A stretch of 64,000 nt of DNA. Source: Bacillota bacterium. GTDB taxonomy: Bacteria > Bacillota > DTU025. The translations under genes were made by a program, and so were the position numbers. The DNA lies in contig JBMNJT010000002.1 in assembly GCA_050951805.1 (NCBI GenBank), forward strand, positions 864,001 through 928,000, read 5' to 3'. Shown here piece after piece: positions 22,105-32,065 of this stretch. The notes beneath the pieces were generated by a model. The model saw only the letters and a list, made by a program, of their open reading frames with translations. It made no database searches and was not told where the DNA came from. How positions within the stretch are numbered: position 1 is the first letter of the stretch; each line of letters opens with the position of its first letter.

Positions 22105-22455
22105 GGGGGCGTTACGGTTTCGACGGAGAGTGCTGTGAGAGGCGCAGCGAGCCGAGATCCCACCTACTCGTTAATCGGTGGAAGCACGATAAGTGCCAAC
22201 GATTACGCTTACGCTGCTTAATTAACTAAGTAGCCGTCCGACCCGATCTTCTCCCGAAAGCTCGGCTAGGGCGTCATCTAAGTCGGGATGCTTGCGTGTC
22301 AATTCTCGGAGGCACGCACTAAGAATATCGAGATAGTCCCCGGGCAGCGTGCCCGTGCGCGGCTCGTGGGGCGAAAACAAGTATGCGGGCTACGCTCGTA
22401 GAAGTGCCTCAAGTGGCCTTTTCGGACCCGGGTTCGACTCCCGGCGCCTCCACCA
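22105..22455 (+). ncRNA. ssrA: tmRNA; tag peptide (A)ANDYAYAA
   Basis: 5' GGGGGCG...TTTCGAC; 3' T-arm GGTTCGACTCC and CGCCTCCACCA acceptor with G-U pair. Tag reading frame 22195-22221. Lies after smpB. Confidence 0.96.
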
Positions 22456-22772
22456 TTTTTATGCGCTTTTCGGCGCTATGAATGAGGTTCGCAGTCTTAT
22501 CCCATCAGGGAGGGCTGCGAATTGTTGCTTTATATGGGGCTGAGTCGATCTTACGACAATACGGGATGAGCGAATCGATTCTGCTTCGGGAAAAATGGCC
22601 TTATAGACGATTGCGTGATGCAAGCGGATCACGAGTGGGAATGGCTAGATTCTTGGCTTGTGGATGTCGGCACTGCTTTTCAGAATATGTTGCGGAAATC
22701 ACAATTTGGATAATGCGGAGGAATAAGCGTGCACATGGAGAAAGTACCTTCGTTAAGGAGGTGTATTGTTAT

Positions 22773-23384
22773 ATGCAGGCTCGAATAGGTAAACCAGCTC
22801 CGGATTTCGAGACAGGGGCATTTGTTGCTGGTGAGTTCAAAAAAGTCAAACTATCAAACTATCGTGGTAAATGGGTTGTTCTATGTTTTTATCCGGGAGA
22901 TTTTACATTTGTTTGACCTACTGAGCTGGCGGCGGTCGCCGTCAAGTATCCTGAGCTTCAATCCATGGGCGCGGAAGTGCTCGCGATAAGTGTCGACAGC
23001 AAGTTCAGTCACAAGATATGGCAAGAAACTGAGCTATCGAAAATGGTTGCAGGCGGGGTGCCCTATCCGATCCTGGCGGATCAGGGTGGAAAGATTGGTA
23101 CTCTCTACGGGGTTTATGATGAGGAAGCCGGTGTAAATGTCAGAGGGCGGTTCATAATCGATCCAGATGGAGTTATCCAGGCGATGGAGGTATTGACGCC
23201 ACCAGTGGGCCGTAACGTATCTGAGCTTGTTAGGCAGGTAAATGCTTACCAGCATCATAGAGCCACCGGCGATGTCATGCCCTCTGGCTGGGAGCCTGGG
23301 AAGCCAACGCTCAAGCCAGGACCTAGCTTAGTGGGTCGGGTATGGGAAGTTTGGAAGCCCGAACAGGCCTTCGGTAAGCGCTAG
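22773..23384 (+). CDS. prxU: Selenocysteine-containing peroxiredoxin (PrxU-like, AhpC family), 203 aa with TGA read-through
   Basis: [12 protein letters not shown](22914-22916)-PTEL puts the stop at the peroxidatic Cys position. The two ORF-track fragments are in frame. SD AAGGAGG before ATG 22773. Confidence 0.92.
22927..22944 (+). promoter_or_regulatory. Bacterial SECIS-like hairpin
   Basis: TGGCGGC-GGTC-GCCGTCA stem-loop; the G-initiated loop starts 17 nt after the UGA. Confidence 0.7.
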
Positions 23385-23415
23385 GACATGACGCAGTCTC
23401 GCGGGGAACCGTGTC

Positions 23416-23445
23416 GATGGGGGCCGCAAGGGCCTCCGTCCTTTC
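23416..23445 (+). terminator. Probable terminator after prxU
   Basis: GATGGGGGCC-GCAAG-GGCCTCCGTC followed by CTTT. Confidence 0.55.
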
Positions 23446-23636
23446 CGTACATTATGGGTTGTCACCAAACGCATCACGTAAGAATGCGCTGGCACATGCT
23501 GGTGATAGAAAGTTAACCATCGTTTCTAGCAACTGATTGTTCGGGATCCTAAGGCATCTCCTAGAGGTTCGCAGTATATCTTGAGATTGTTCTTGCAATC
23601 AAATGAGCATTCAACCGTAGATGTGCTGTGAAAAGT

Positions 23637-24210
23637 CAATAGCCGATGAACTTCAGACTATTACTGGCGGTCAGATCCCCGTTGATGTAAAAATGCCTTT
23701 TGTCCAGGTGAACAGTGGATCACCACATCGTTAGCTCCCTTGCTTAAGCCGCATCTGAGGTATCTGATAACGATGATGGTAATAGTGGCTCCGCTGATTT
23801 TGGGTACAGCGTAGCCGCGATGATAGAGCCTGAACCCAGAGTCTACAGTAATTTGTCTGTCTGAGACTACATACGCCCCGTGTATCTTCTTGTTTGGTTT
23901 GCTGAAGATGTAGCTTTTCGTGTGGTGCATGCTACTACAGTCACTGTCTCGGTTCCCACCTGCACAACAAAGTCTCTGCCTTTCCTTTAACCAGAATCTG
24001 TCTTTATCTAGTTGTAAACCTTCTTGGTGATGCACTCTGCTATCAAGAGGGCTTGCACTCGGCTTTTGTCGTTTGCTTGTATCCGATATGTGGATGACGA
24101 TATCCCAAGGAGTGCGACGCCGAAGATTGCCAGCAGTATCAGGCTTGCCATAGATATGAGCATTGCCGATCCGTGCTGGCGACGCAAGAGTCGGCCATCC
24201 GCACGCCTCC
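23637..24210 (-). pseudogene. Decayed PilX-like (type IV minor pilin) gene
   Basis: Minus frame reads RQHGSAMLISMASLILLAIFGVALLGISSSTYRIQANDKSRVQALLIAE (PilX N-terminal pattern), followed by several in-frame stops. Confidence 0.55.
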
Positions 24211-24820
24211 CATTATTGCCTTATAACGACTGCAGTATCGGCGTATGGGGCCTTGATTGTGCAAGAATCCTTTGTCTGTTTGACAGAACCAAGCAGTAAT
24301 CTGTATTCGCCTGAGCCGCTAGCGCGTTGGCTGAGATGTCTGTGATGATCAGTCTCTATAAGGATTAGGCCTTCGGCGTTTCATGAAGAGCGTCTATTGT
24401 GCGACGCTTCTATTCTTCCTCTTGTGATAGTCACAGATATCGCCCATGTCCTATTGGGTTCGATTTTAGCGGGGGCTACGTCCGTGTCTCGACTGAAAAC
24501 TCCGTTGCCGGAAGCATTGAGAAGAAGTGCGACCCGTGCAAATCGATGGACTCAAGGGCAAGATTGGAGCAGCGCCGCGATTGTTACACCTAAACGTGAT
24601 CAGAGCCTCGATGCCTCGCCTTCGGGGAATGTTATAGCATGAGCAAGTTATTGCGCGATAATCGCCCGGGTCTGGCTCGCATGGTACCTGTTAATGAAGG
24701 AATGCTCCCGAAACGGAAGATGAGGTCGAGTGGAGATAGACTGGCCGGTGCGGAGGATTTGGCATGACGCTGACGAAGAAATGAGCGCACATTCGTTTAA
24801 CCATATAAGGATAGATGTAG

Positions 24821-25783
24821 GTGGAATCTGATTTGAAAGAAGAGCGAGTTACTGAGGCGTCCATCTCCTCTCTTAGGAGGCTTGCCAAGGAGCGTGGGTG
24901 GACAATGGAGGAAAGAGATATCGAACACGGTCGTCAGGCAAGGGTGAGCGATGGAGAGAACAAGGCGACCATCTCATTTTACACTACAGGCAAGGCACTC
25001 ATTCAGGGTCGACCATCCTCGCTCACCGAGGAACTCGATTCTTGGTGGGCCGGTTCGCATTTGAATCGCAGCGCGTATGTGCCGCCTCCGAACTCAGGGC
25101 ATGGCAGTGATGCTAACAAGCCCTCCTATTCAGGGCGTGCGCGCGCCAGAGGGGTTGCAAGGATCGGAATTGACGAGTCGGGGAAAGGCGACTATTTTGG
25201 CCCACTGGTAGCTGCAGGTGTTTATGTGGACGCTCAGACAGAGACTGAGCTTCTCAGCAGTGGCGTGCAGGATAGCAAGCGTCTGGCTGATAAGCGCATT
25301 ATGGAGCTTTCAGGGTTGATAGTGGAAATATGTCCACATTCGGTTGTGGCCATTGGCCCTGCACGCTACAACGGGCTGTACAAGAAAATGGGCAATGTCA
25401 ATTCCATGCTTGCGTGGGCTCATGCCAGATGCTTGGAGAACCTTCTTGAGACGGTCAGCTGTGAGCTTGCAGTGTCGGACCAGTTCGGCGACGAGTCATA
25501 TCTTAAGAATGCTTTGATGCATCGAGGGAGGCAGATAACTCTGGAACAGCGGCCACGGGCCGAGGAGGATGTTGCGGTTGCAGCCGCCTCTATACTGGCC
25601 CGAGCCGAGTTCGTTCGCAGGTTAGAGTCCCTTTCTCAACAGGCCGGAGTTGAGTTGCCGAAGGGGGCATCAGATCCTCGCATTGTCGAAGTGGCTTCGG
25701 AGATCATTGCGCGCGAGGGACGGGACGCTCTCGCGAATTATGCTAAGGTTCATTTCAGGACTACTGACGCTCTGGGTGTATGA
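24821..25783 (+). CDS. rnhC: Ribonuclease HIII
   Basis: N-terminal TBP-like 'FY.TGK.LIQG'; 'IGIDESGKGDYFGPL', 'DSK', 'SDQFG', 'VAAASILAR'. Confidence 0.92.
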   Translation: MESDLKEERVTEASISSLRRLAKERGWTMEERDIEHGRQARVSDGENKATISFYTTGKALIQGRPSSLTEELDSWWAGSHLNRSAYVPPPNSGHGSDANKPSYSGRARARGVARIGIDESGKGDYFGPLVAAGVYVDAQTETELLSSGVQDSKRLADKRIMELSGLIVEICPHSVVAIGPARYNGLYKKMGNVNSMLAWAHARCLENLLETVSCELAVSDQFGDESYLKNALMHRGRQITLEQRPRAEEDVAVAAASILARAEFVRRLESLSQQAGVELPKGASDPRIVEVASEIIAREGRDALANYAKVHFRTTDALGV

Positions 25784-25843
25784 CATACCTGTGCAGAAGC
25801 CCGGCGACGCGGCGCAATACTGCGATTTTTGGGGGTAGGTGTG

Positions 25844-26350
25844 ATGACAGAATATCAACGGCCACAGCAGAAGCGGAGCAGGATTGTAGGTACGCTGTTG
25901 ATTGCTATAGGCTGTTTTCTTTTGGCGGCCCAGTTTCTCGACACCAGATTGGTTAGCCTCTTGGTACTCCCATTGCTTGGGTTCATCTTCCTTGCTTGGG
26001 GGACTGTTGGGGCGAACAAGGCAATGGCAATTCCAGGCGGCATACTATTGGGCATTGGTACAGGTGTGATAATGTCGGAGGAAGTATTCTGGTATCTTGG
26101 GCAACCGGCTTCAACCGGAGTCTTCCTGGTTTGTTTCGCCTTAGGCTGGCTCGTGGCCTATATCGTCTCTTACAAGACCGGAGGCAGAAAGACATCGTGG
26201 CTGCTTGTGTTAGGCGTCGTTCTTGCGGCTGTCGGCATTCCGCTTATCCTTGCTCAGACTGCGCCGGAAATTGTTAAGTGGATTGCCACGTATTGGCCTG
26301 CACTTTTAATTGCAGCGGGGATCATGCTCATCGTTCGAGGGGTCAAATAA
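25844..26350 (+). CDS. Multi-pass membrane protein (LiaF-TM-like repeats)
   Basis: Several hydrophobic segments; 'IPGGIL.GIG' and C-terminal 'YWP.LLI..G'. Confidence 0.65.
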   Translation: MTEYQRPQQKRSRIVGTLLIAIGCFLLAAQFLDTRLVSLLVLPLLGFIFLAWGTVGANKAMAIPGGILLGIGTGVIMSEEVFWYLGQPASTGVFLVCFALGWLVAYIVSYKTGGRKTSWLLVLGVVLAAVGIPLILAQTAPEIVKWIATYWPALLIAAGIMLIVRGVK

Positions 26351-26435
26351 CGTGTCTGATGAGTGTGATATAACTCGTCCTGTGCAATCATGTTTTCCGC
26401 ATGAGAAAGATAAGAGGGATATGGAGGTAGACAAG

Positions 26436-27614
26436 ATGAAACCGAGGATTATCAAAGAAGGCGTGACTTGGGTGGGTGCGGTGGATTGGGACAGGCGCCT
26501 CTTCGATTGCCTAGTCCCCATTCCCGATGGGACTAGCTACAACTCATACCTGGTACAAGGCAAGGATAAGACTGTGCTTCTCGACACCGTTGACCCTAGC
26601 ATGGTCGGGCAACTCGTGGACCATCTGTCGGATATTTCAACCATCGACTATGTAGTAGCCCATCATGCGGAGCAAGACCATTCAGGATCTATTCCGAAAA
26701 TACTGGAAATGTATCCTGAGGCCAAAGTAGTCTGCACGCCGAAATGCGTAGAGATGCTCGTCGATCTTCTGCATGTAGACAGGCATAGGATCATCTCCGT
26801 GGAGGACGGAGACATGATCGATCTTGGAGGACGGACATTGAGGTTTGTTCACGCGCCTTGGGTTCATTGGCCTGAAACGATGTTCACATATCTGGAAGAA
26901 GACAAGATCCTCTTCACCTGCGATTTCCTCGGCTCTCACCTTGCCACGAGCCAGCTCTATTCGAAGAATGAGCCTGCAGAGGAGGCAGCTGCCAAGAGAT
27001 ATTTTGCTGAAATAATGATGCCGTTTGGCAGTATGATAGTGAAAAACCTCGATAAGATTTCGGCATACGACATAGAGATTGTGGCGCCCAGCCATGGCCC
27101 GATTCACGACAATCCCGAGTTCATAATCGAAAGATATAAAGAGTGGACCTCGGGGCCCATGAAGAACGAGGTTTGCATTGCCTATGTGAGCATGCATGGG
27201 AGCACGGCCGCAATGGTGGACGCACTAGTCGAAGAATTGGTTGAACGAGGAGTTGGCGTCAGGCGATTCGAGCTCACCGGGTCTGATACAGGCGCTATTG
27301 CTATGTCGCTGGTGGATGCGGCGACAGTTGTAATAGCCACGCCTACTGTGCTCGCAGGCGCTCATCCCGCTGCTGCCTATGTGGCCTTCCTCGCCAACGC
27401 TCTTAGGCCGAGGACCCGATATCTGTCGGTGCTTACTTCCTACAGCTGGGGAGGGAAGGCTGTTGAGCAGATCGCAGGGATGACTACAAATCTCAGAGCA
27501 GAGGTATTGGAACCGGTCATCTGCAAGGGACTCCCAAGGGAGGATGATTTTGCGGCGATTGCAAGACTTGCCGAGCTCATCGCGGAAAAGCATAGGGAGA
27601 TAGGGATACTGTGA
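26436..27614 (+). CDS. fprA: Flavodiiron protein (FprA family)
   Basis: 'GTSYNSYL', 'HAEQDHSG', 'HWPETM', 'PSHG' and flavodoxin 'YVSMHGST'. Confidence 0.93.
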   Translation: MKPRIIKEGVTWVGAVDWDRRLFDCLVPIPDGTSYNSYLVQGKDKTVLLDTVDPSMVGQLVDHLSDISTIDYVVAHHAEQDHSGSIPKILEMYPEAKVVCTPKCVEMLVDLLHVDRHRIISVEDGDMIDLGGRTLRFVHAPWVHWPETMFTYLEEDKILFTCDFLGSHLATSQLYSKNEPAEEAAAKRYFAEIMMPFGSMIVKNLDKISAYDIEIVAPSHGPIHDNPEFIIERYKEWTSGPMKNEVCIAYVSMHGSTAAMVDALVEELVERGVGVRRFELTGSDTGAIAMSLVDAATVVIATPTVLAGAHPAAAYVAFLANALRPRTRYLSVLTSYSWGGKAVEQIAGMTTNLRAEVLEPVICKGLPREDDFAAIARLAELIAEKHREIGIL

Positions 27615-27672
27615 TCCTGTTCGCATCTGGCAAGACGGTCCTTGAGTGTCGGAGATGGAGGGGCATTGATCA

Positions 27673-28227
27673 ATGGCTAATGAACGAATAAGTGTGGTGC
27701 AAGGTGACATAACTTTGGAACGTGTAGATGCCATTGTCAACGCGGCAAACAGCAGCTTGCTTGGGGGAGGAGGCGTAGACGGCGCCATACATCGGGCTGC
27801 CGGTCCTAAGCTGCTTACTGAATGCAGAAGGATAGGAGGATGCGATACGGGAGAAGCTGTCGTTACCGGAGGATATCGTCTGCCCGCCAAATGGGTGATA
27901 CACACGGTCGGTCCCGTATGGCATGGCGGTGGACTCGGCGAAGCAGAATTGCTGACGAATTGTTATCGGAATGCTCTGCGTCTTGCTGTAGAAAATGGTG
28001 CGCGCACTGTGGCTTTTCCGTCGATCAGCACTGGCGCCTATCGTTATCCGGTAGACGAGGCATCGCGAATTGCGATTCGTACAGTATCGGAGTTCCTGTC
28101 TGTAGATGACACCATAGAGGAGGTCAGATTCGTCTGTTTTGACACACATACGTATTCCGCGTACCAGAGGGCTCTCGAGGAGCACCTGGGCACTCAGGGC
28201 CTGCCGCGGAACTCAGCGTCGCCATGA
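27673..28227 (+). CDS. Macrodomain O-acetyl-ADP-ribose deacetylase (YmdB-like)
   Basis: 'GDIT', 'NAANSSLLGGGGVDGAIH', 'HTVGP', 'FPSISTGAY'. Confidence 0.93.
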   Translation: MANERISVVQGDITLERVDAIVNAANSSLLGGGGVDGAIHRAAGPKLLTECRRIGGCDTGEAVVTGGYRLPAKWVIHTVGPVWHGGGLGEAELLTNCYRNALRLAVENGARTVAFPSISTGAYRYPVDEASRIAIRTVSEFLSVDDTIEEVRFVCFDTHTYSAYQRALEEHLGTQGLPRNSASP

Positions 28228-28617
28228 CGGAGTCTGCTCGTTAGCAGATCGTGGTCGGCATGTTCGGCGGGTTAATGGTATACTCTTGCGTTGGCAGTGG
28301 ATTTGTGCAAGGGAGATATGTGGAGTTTGCCGGTGATGTTTGGCATCACGATTAACACTTCACTAGCTTAGCCGTATCCGGCTTTGCTCAGCTCAGTCTG
28401 TAGCGACTCTTCTGTCAAATGGAGAGCATTGAGGTTTTCGTAGTGCACTTTTCTCTCCAACTCTACCGTCTGAGCGAGGCCGAAGAACCTTATAATGCAG
28501 CTCTCATGACAGAAGATGCCATGATGTTCGGAATGTCAACGCAAAACACATAATACTATGAATAAAAAGTTCAATTGCCGTAACAAGTGTCTGAGACTTC
28601 AGTGGTGGAGATCGAGT

Positions 28618-28670
28618 AAAAAAGAGGGGAATTTCGACGCAATAGCGAGGCCGACGTCGTTTCCCCTCTA
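28618..28670 (-). terminator. Intrinsic terminator for the 28711-28986 gene
   Basis: AGAGGGGAA..CGACG / CGTCG.TTCCCCTCT hairpin with a T6 tail on the minus strand. Confidence 0.65.
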
Positions 28671-28710
28671 CTTGTAATTAAGTTATGAGTCCGTTAATTG
28701 CTGATTTTGG

Positions 28711-28986
28711 TCAGCTTTCTAATTCCCCTTGGCCAGATAAAGCGAAGATTCCTCCGATAAGAAGGATTGCGCCGGGCCAACCGAAGTCGCCTTTACCAAA
28801 GATCCAGCCGAGAACAGCGGCAATAAGCATGATGATGCCAGCCCATTTCGGGTACGCCATTGCACAGCAAGCTGCAATGAGTCCCGCTATGGAGATAAGA
28901 ACAACAAGCCATCTCAGATCATCAACTGGAACGAACATACCCCAGATTGAACCAATCAGCCCGAGTATGAGTCCGGTAACTCGCAT
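28711..28986 (-). CDS. Small membrane protein (DUF4064-like)
   Basis: 91 aa, nearly all hydrophobic; 'LGLIG.I.G', 'PK.AGI.ML'. SD GAGGAGG. Confidence 0.7.
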   Translation of the reverse strand: MRVTGLILGLIGSIWGMFVPVDDLRWLVVLISIAGLIAACCAMAYPKWAGIIMLIAAVLGWIFGKGDFGWPGAILLIGGIFALSGQGELES

Positions 28987-29497
28987 TCTAGTCCCTCCTC
29001 ACATTTAATCACTCTTGTGCCTGGTTCAGTACAAACGCGTCGGCCTCGCCACGTCCGACACTGACCTTGGACACAACTTGGAAACCAAATCATACGGCTT
29101 CCAACTATTAGCTTAATCGTTCTCTCCAATACTGTCAACCGAAGAAGATGAATTCTTACGCAATATTGCGCAAACACGCTAAAAACCACGAGGTCAATGC
29201 GGAATCCACGTCGGTTGTACCCCCGAAAAGGCGATGGGCAAGGGAAGATCTCGTGACATTTTCTGTTAGCCGGGCAGCTTGGCGTGTATGCCCTTGGGGC
29301 CCTGGGGCGGCAAGAGTAATCTTGGTGATTGAGAAGGCAAGATAACACCGGGAATGAGGGCATTGCTATAGGATACGGGGTAGGCGGTGCTTGAAGCTAG
29401 ATAGGGAGTCGCCATAAGAAGTTGGAAGGGCTCATAATTGCGCAGAGGTTGACTGATGAGAAGGAGTTTGGGAGGAGCTGTCGAAGTATGCAAGCAA

Positions 29498-29578
29498 TAC
29501 AACCGGTTGCAAACATAATCATAGTAAGGACAGAATGCCGAGATAAATAAGGTATTATGAGTAAAACAACCGATTGCT
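29498..29578. promoter_or_regulatory. Two LacI-type operator palindromes
   Basis: TACAACCGGTTGCA (29498-29511) and AACAACCGATTGCT (29565-29578); CG-centred, directly upstream of the LacI gene. Confidence 0.6.
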
Positions 29579-29596
29579 ATGCTAGGAGATGTTGCA

Positions 29597-30640
29597 ATGA
29601 GGCCGACGCTTCAAGATATGGCGGATATTCTCAATTTGTCTAAATCAACAGTGTCAAGAGCGTTGTCTGGCGATCCTCGTGTAGCCCAAGCTACCCGCGC
29701 CAGGGTTGAATCTCTTGCAAAGAGCATCGGCTACACGCCTAACCCGATTGCTCGAGGGCTTGCGACTCGCCGGACCAACACAATTGGTCTTGCGGTTCCA
29801 TGTGCACCTCGCTCGCTGTCTGACCCGTTTTACTTGGAGTTTCTAGGGCATGCGGGCAATGCGGCCATGAAATGCGGTTATAGCTTATTGCTATCGGCGG
29901 CAGAAGAGGACGGTGCAGACACTCATAATGCGCATGTGCGGCTGGCAAGTTCCGCTAGGATCGACGGGATGATCCTGACTGAACCAAAGATCAAAGATGA
30001 ACGAATTGCGGCATTAAAAAAGGCGGGCATTCCCTTTGTCTTCCTTGGGATGACGTCTGATCCAGATGTGTCGTGGGTTAGTTGTGACAACAGGCTTGGC
30101 GCTGCTGAAGCGGTAGCGTGGCTTACGGGGCTTGGGCATACCAGGATCGCGTGTCTTACCGGTCCTGCGGATCAAACGGCTTCCGATGCTCGATATCGAG
30201 GCTATTGCGAGGCCCTGGACGAGGCTGGAATTCCCCTTGACCTCAATATCGTGGCTTCAGGGGATTTCACTCAAGCTGGAGGGCATGCTGCCATGAGGGA
30301 AATATTGGAACGTGGGAAGACTGTGTCAGCCGTATTCGCCTCAAATGATGTCATGGCGCTGGGCGCTATGTGCGCTCTTCGCGAGAGTGGACTGTCGGTG
30401 CCAGAGGACGTGTCGCTTGTTGGCTTTGATGGGATCGCTTTCGCGCAATACTCGACGCCGCCATTGGCAACTGTGCAGCAGCCCATTGATGAGTTGGGAA
30501 ATGCTTCGGTTGAAGTTCTCATAAAACTGATGTGTGGAGATAACGGGGGACCTATACATCGGGTGATGCCGGCGAGGTTCCGGCCTGCTGGCTCTGTGGC
30601 TGCGCCAGGGCGTGCTTTTGTGTTGGAAAGCCCGGATTGA
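29597..30640 (+). CDS. LacI-family transcriptional regulator
   Basis: HTH 'TLQDMA..LNLSKSTVSRAL', 'GYTPN..ARGL', 'VPEDVSLVGFD'. Confidence 0.95.
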   Translation: MRPTLQDMADILNLSKSTVSRALSGDPRVAQATRARVESLAKSIGYTPNPIARGLATRRTNTIGLAVPCAPRSLSDPFYLEFLGHAGNAAMKCGYSLLLSAAEEDGADTHNAHVRLASSARIDGMILTEPKIKDERIAALKKAGIPFVFLGMTSDPDVSWVSCDNRLGAAEAVAWLTGLGHTRIACLTGPADQTASDARYRGYCEALDEAGIPLDLNIVASGDFTQAGGHAAMREILERGKTVSAVFASNDVMALGAMCALRESGLSVPEDVSLVGFDGIAFAQYSTPPLATVQQPIDELGNASVEVLIKLMCGDNGGPIHRVMPARFRPAGSVAAPGRAFVLESPD

Positions 30641-30787
30641 ATGTAGTTTGCGACGTACCAAGCTGGAATCCGCCTACAAGATTGGAGGTGATGCTGCGAT
30701 CATTTCGCCGAGCTCAACCCTGTGAGTGTCAGTTTTTGTAAGCGAGCACGAGTTAGCCAAGAAAACTGCGAAAGCGGAGGGATTACA

Positions 30788-31969
30788 GTGAAGCGAAAGA
30801 TGATTGTGTTACTCATCCTTGCGCTTGCCATCTGCAGTCTGCCAGGGGCCACTGCTGAGAAGAAACTTACAGTGATTAGCGGATGGTCAGGGCCTGAGAT
30901 GGATGCGTTCATGCCCGTGTTGAAGGCATTTGAAAAGGAAACCGGAATCCGTGTGGACTACCAGATTTATCGAGCAGAAGATTTGGCGGTCTTGCTTCCT
31001 GCTCAGTTTAATGCCAAAACTACGCCTGGGGACGTCATATACATGTGGTCGTGGTTTATTACCAAACATGCAAAAGATGGCCATGTGCTTGAGATGACCG
31101 GGAGCCTTAAGGATGCCGACTTCATTCCAGGGGCGCTTGATGCCGTCAAGGTCGATAACAAGCTGTGGGGCGGGGTATATACCGGCAAGGTGAAGCCGGG
31201 GTTCTGGTACCGGAAATCGTTTTTCAAAAAGCATGGACTTTCCGAGCCGAAAACATGGGATGAATTCGTCGCACTCTGCGCCAAACTCCAGAAGATATCC
31301 GGCGTAAAGGCACCAATTGCCAGCGGAAATGGGGTTGGGTGGCCTCTGTCCGACATTACGGAGCATTTCATCGCTACATATGCCGGTCCTCAGGTGACAT
31401 ACGGTTTGATAGACAAGAAAGTCAAGTGGACTGATCCTGTGGTGAAATCCGTATTTACAGATAGGATTGTTCCGCTGCTCAAAGCGGGTTACTTTAGCGA
31501 ACCGATTGAGTGGACCATGGCTCTCGATCTATGGTGGAGGGGAGACTATGGTCTTTACTTCATGGGCAGCTGGATCACGGGCATGGTTGATAACCCAGAT
31601 GATCTGGGCGTTTTCTCTTTACCAGGATGCGAAGGCATAGTATTTGCGCCTGACTACGCTTTTGTGCCAGCCTACACCAAATATCCTGCAGAGGCCAGAA
31701 AACTCCTCGCCTTCCTCTCAACTAAGGGTCAGGAGATACAGGTTTCCACAGGTGGACATATTGCTACATACAAGGTTCCGCTCAACGCCTATCCCCCTGT
31801 TGACCGCGGGGTAGCCTCCCTTCTCAAGGGAGTTGTTGCTCTGCCCGACCTTGATGATACTATCGGAGGCGAGTGGCAGGCGGCGTTCTGGGATCAGCTC
31901 AAACTGCTCTGGGTGAGCCCAGGCAGGGTCAATGAGGTCCTTGAGAATCTGCAGCGGAAGGCCAATTAA
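30788..31969 (+). CDS. Sugar ABC transporter substrate-binding protein
   Basis: Signal peptide; 'WYRKSFF.KHGL..PKTWDEF', 'FMGSWI'. Followed by two MalF/G-type permeases. Confidence 0.88.
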   Translation: MKRKMIVLLILALAICSLPGATAEKKLTVISGWSGPEMDAFMPVLKAFEKETGIRVDYQIYRAEDLAVLLPAQFNAKTTPGDVIYMWSWFITKHAKDGHVLEMTGSLKDADFIPGALDAVKVDNKLWGGVYTGKVKPGFWYRKSFFKKHGLSEPKTWDEFVALCAKLQKISGVKAPIASGNGVGWPLSDITEHFIATYAGPQVTYGLIDKKVKWTDPVVKSVFTDRIVPLLKAGYFSEPIEWTMALDLWWRGDYGLYFMGSWITGMVDNPDDLGVFSLPGCEGIVFAPDYAFVPAYTKYPAEARKLLAFLSTKGQEIQVSTGGHIATYKVPLNAYPPVDRGVASLLKGVVALPDLDDTIGGEWQAAFWDQLKLLWVSPGRVNEVLENLQRKAN

Positions 31970-32065
31970 TCGTAATTGGTAGGGCTCCGGAGCAACCAAT
32001 CTTGACAATGTGGCGCTCCGGAGCGCCTTTTTCTCAGAGCAAGATGTCAGTTGGGAGGTGGCGCT

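Noticed and set aside
22482-22916. ORF-track 144-aa ORF and the separate 22965-23384 ORF
   Set aside because: They are two halves of one Sec-peroxiredoxin; the upstream extension before ATG 22773 lacks support.
29158-29173. Palindrome TACGCAATATTGCGCA with look-alikes near 954-968 and 29432-29444
   Set aside because: One look-alike lies between convergent genes and the matches are short; a regulator cannot be supported.
29304-29322. TTGGGGCCCTGGGGCGGCA similar to the hairpin arm at 58523-58540
   Set aside because: A short GC-rich match with only two copies; insufficient for a REP family.
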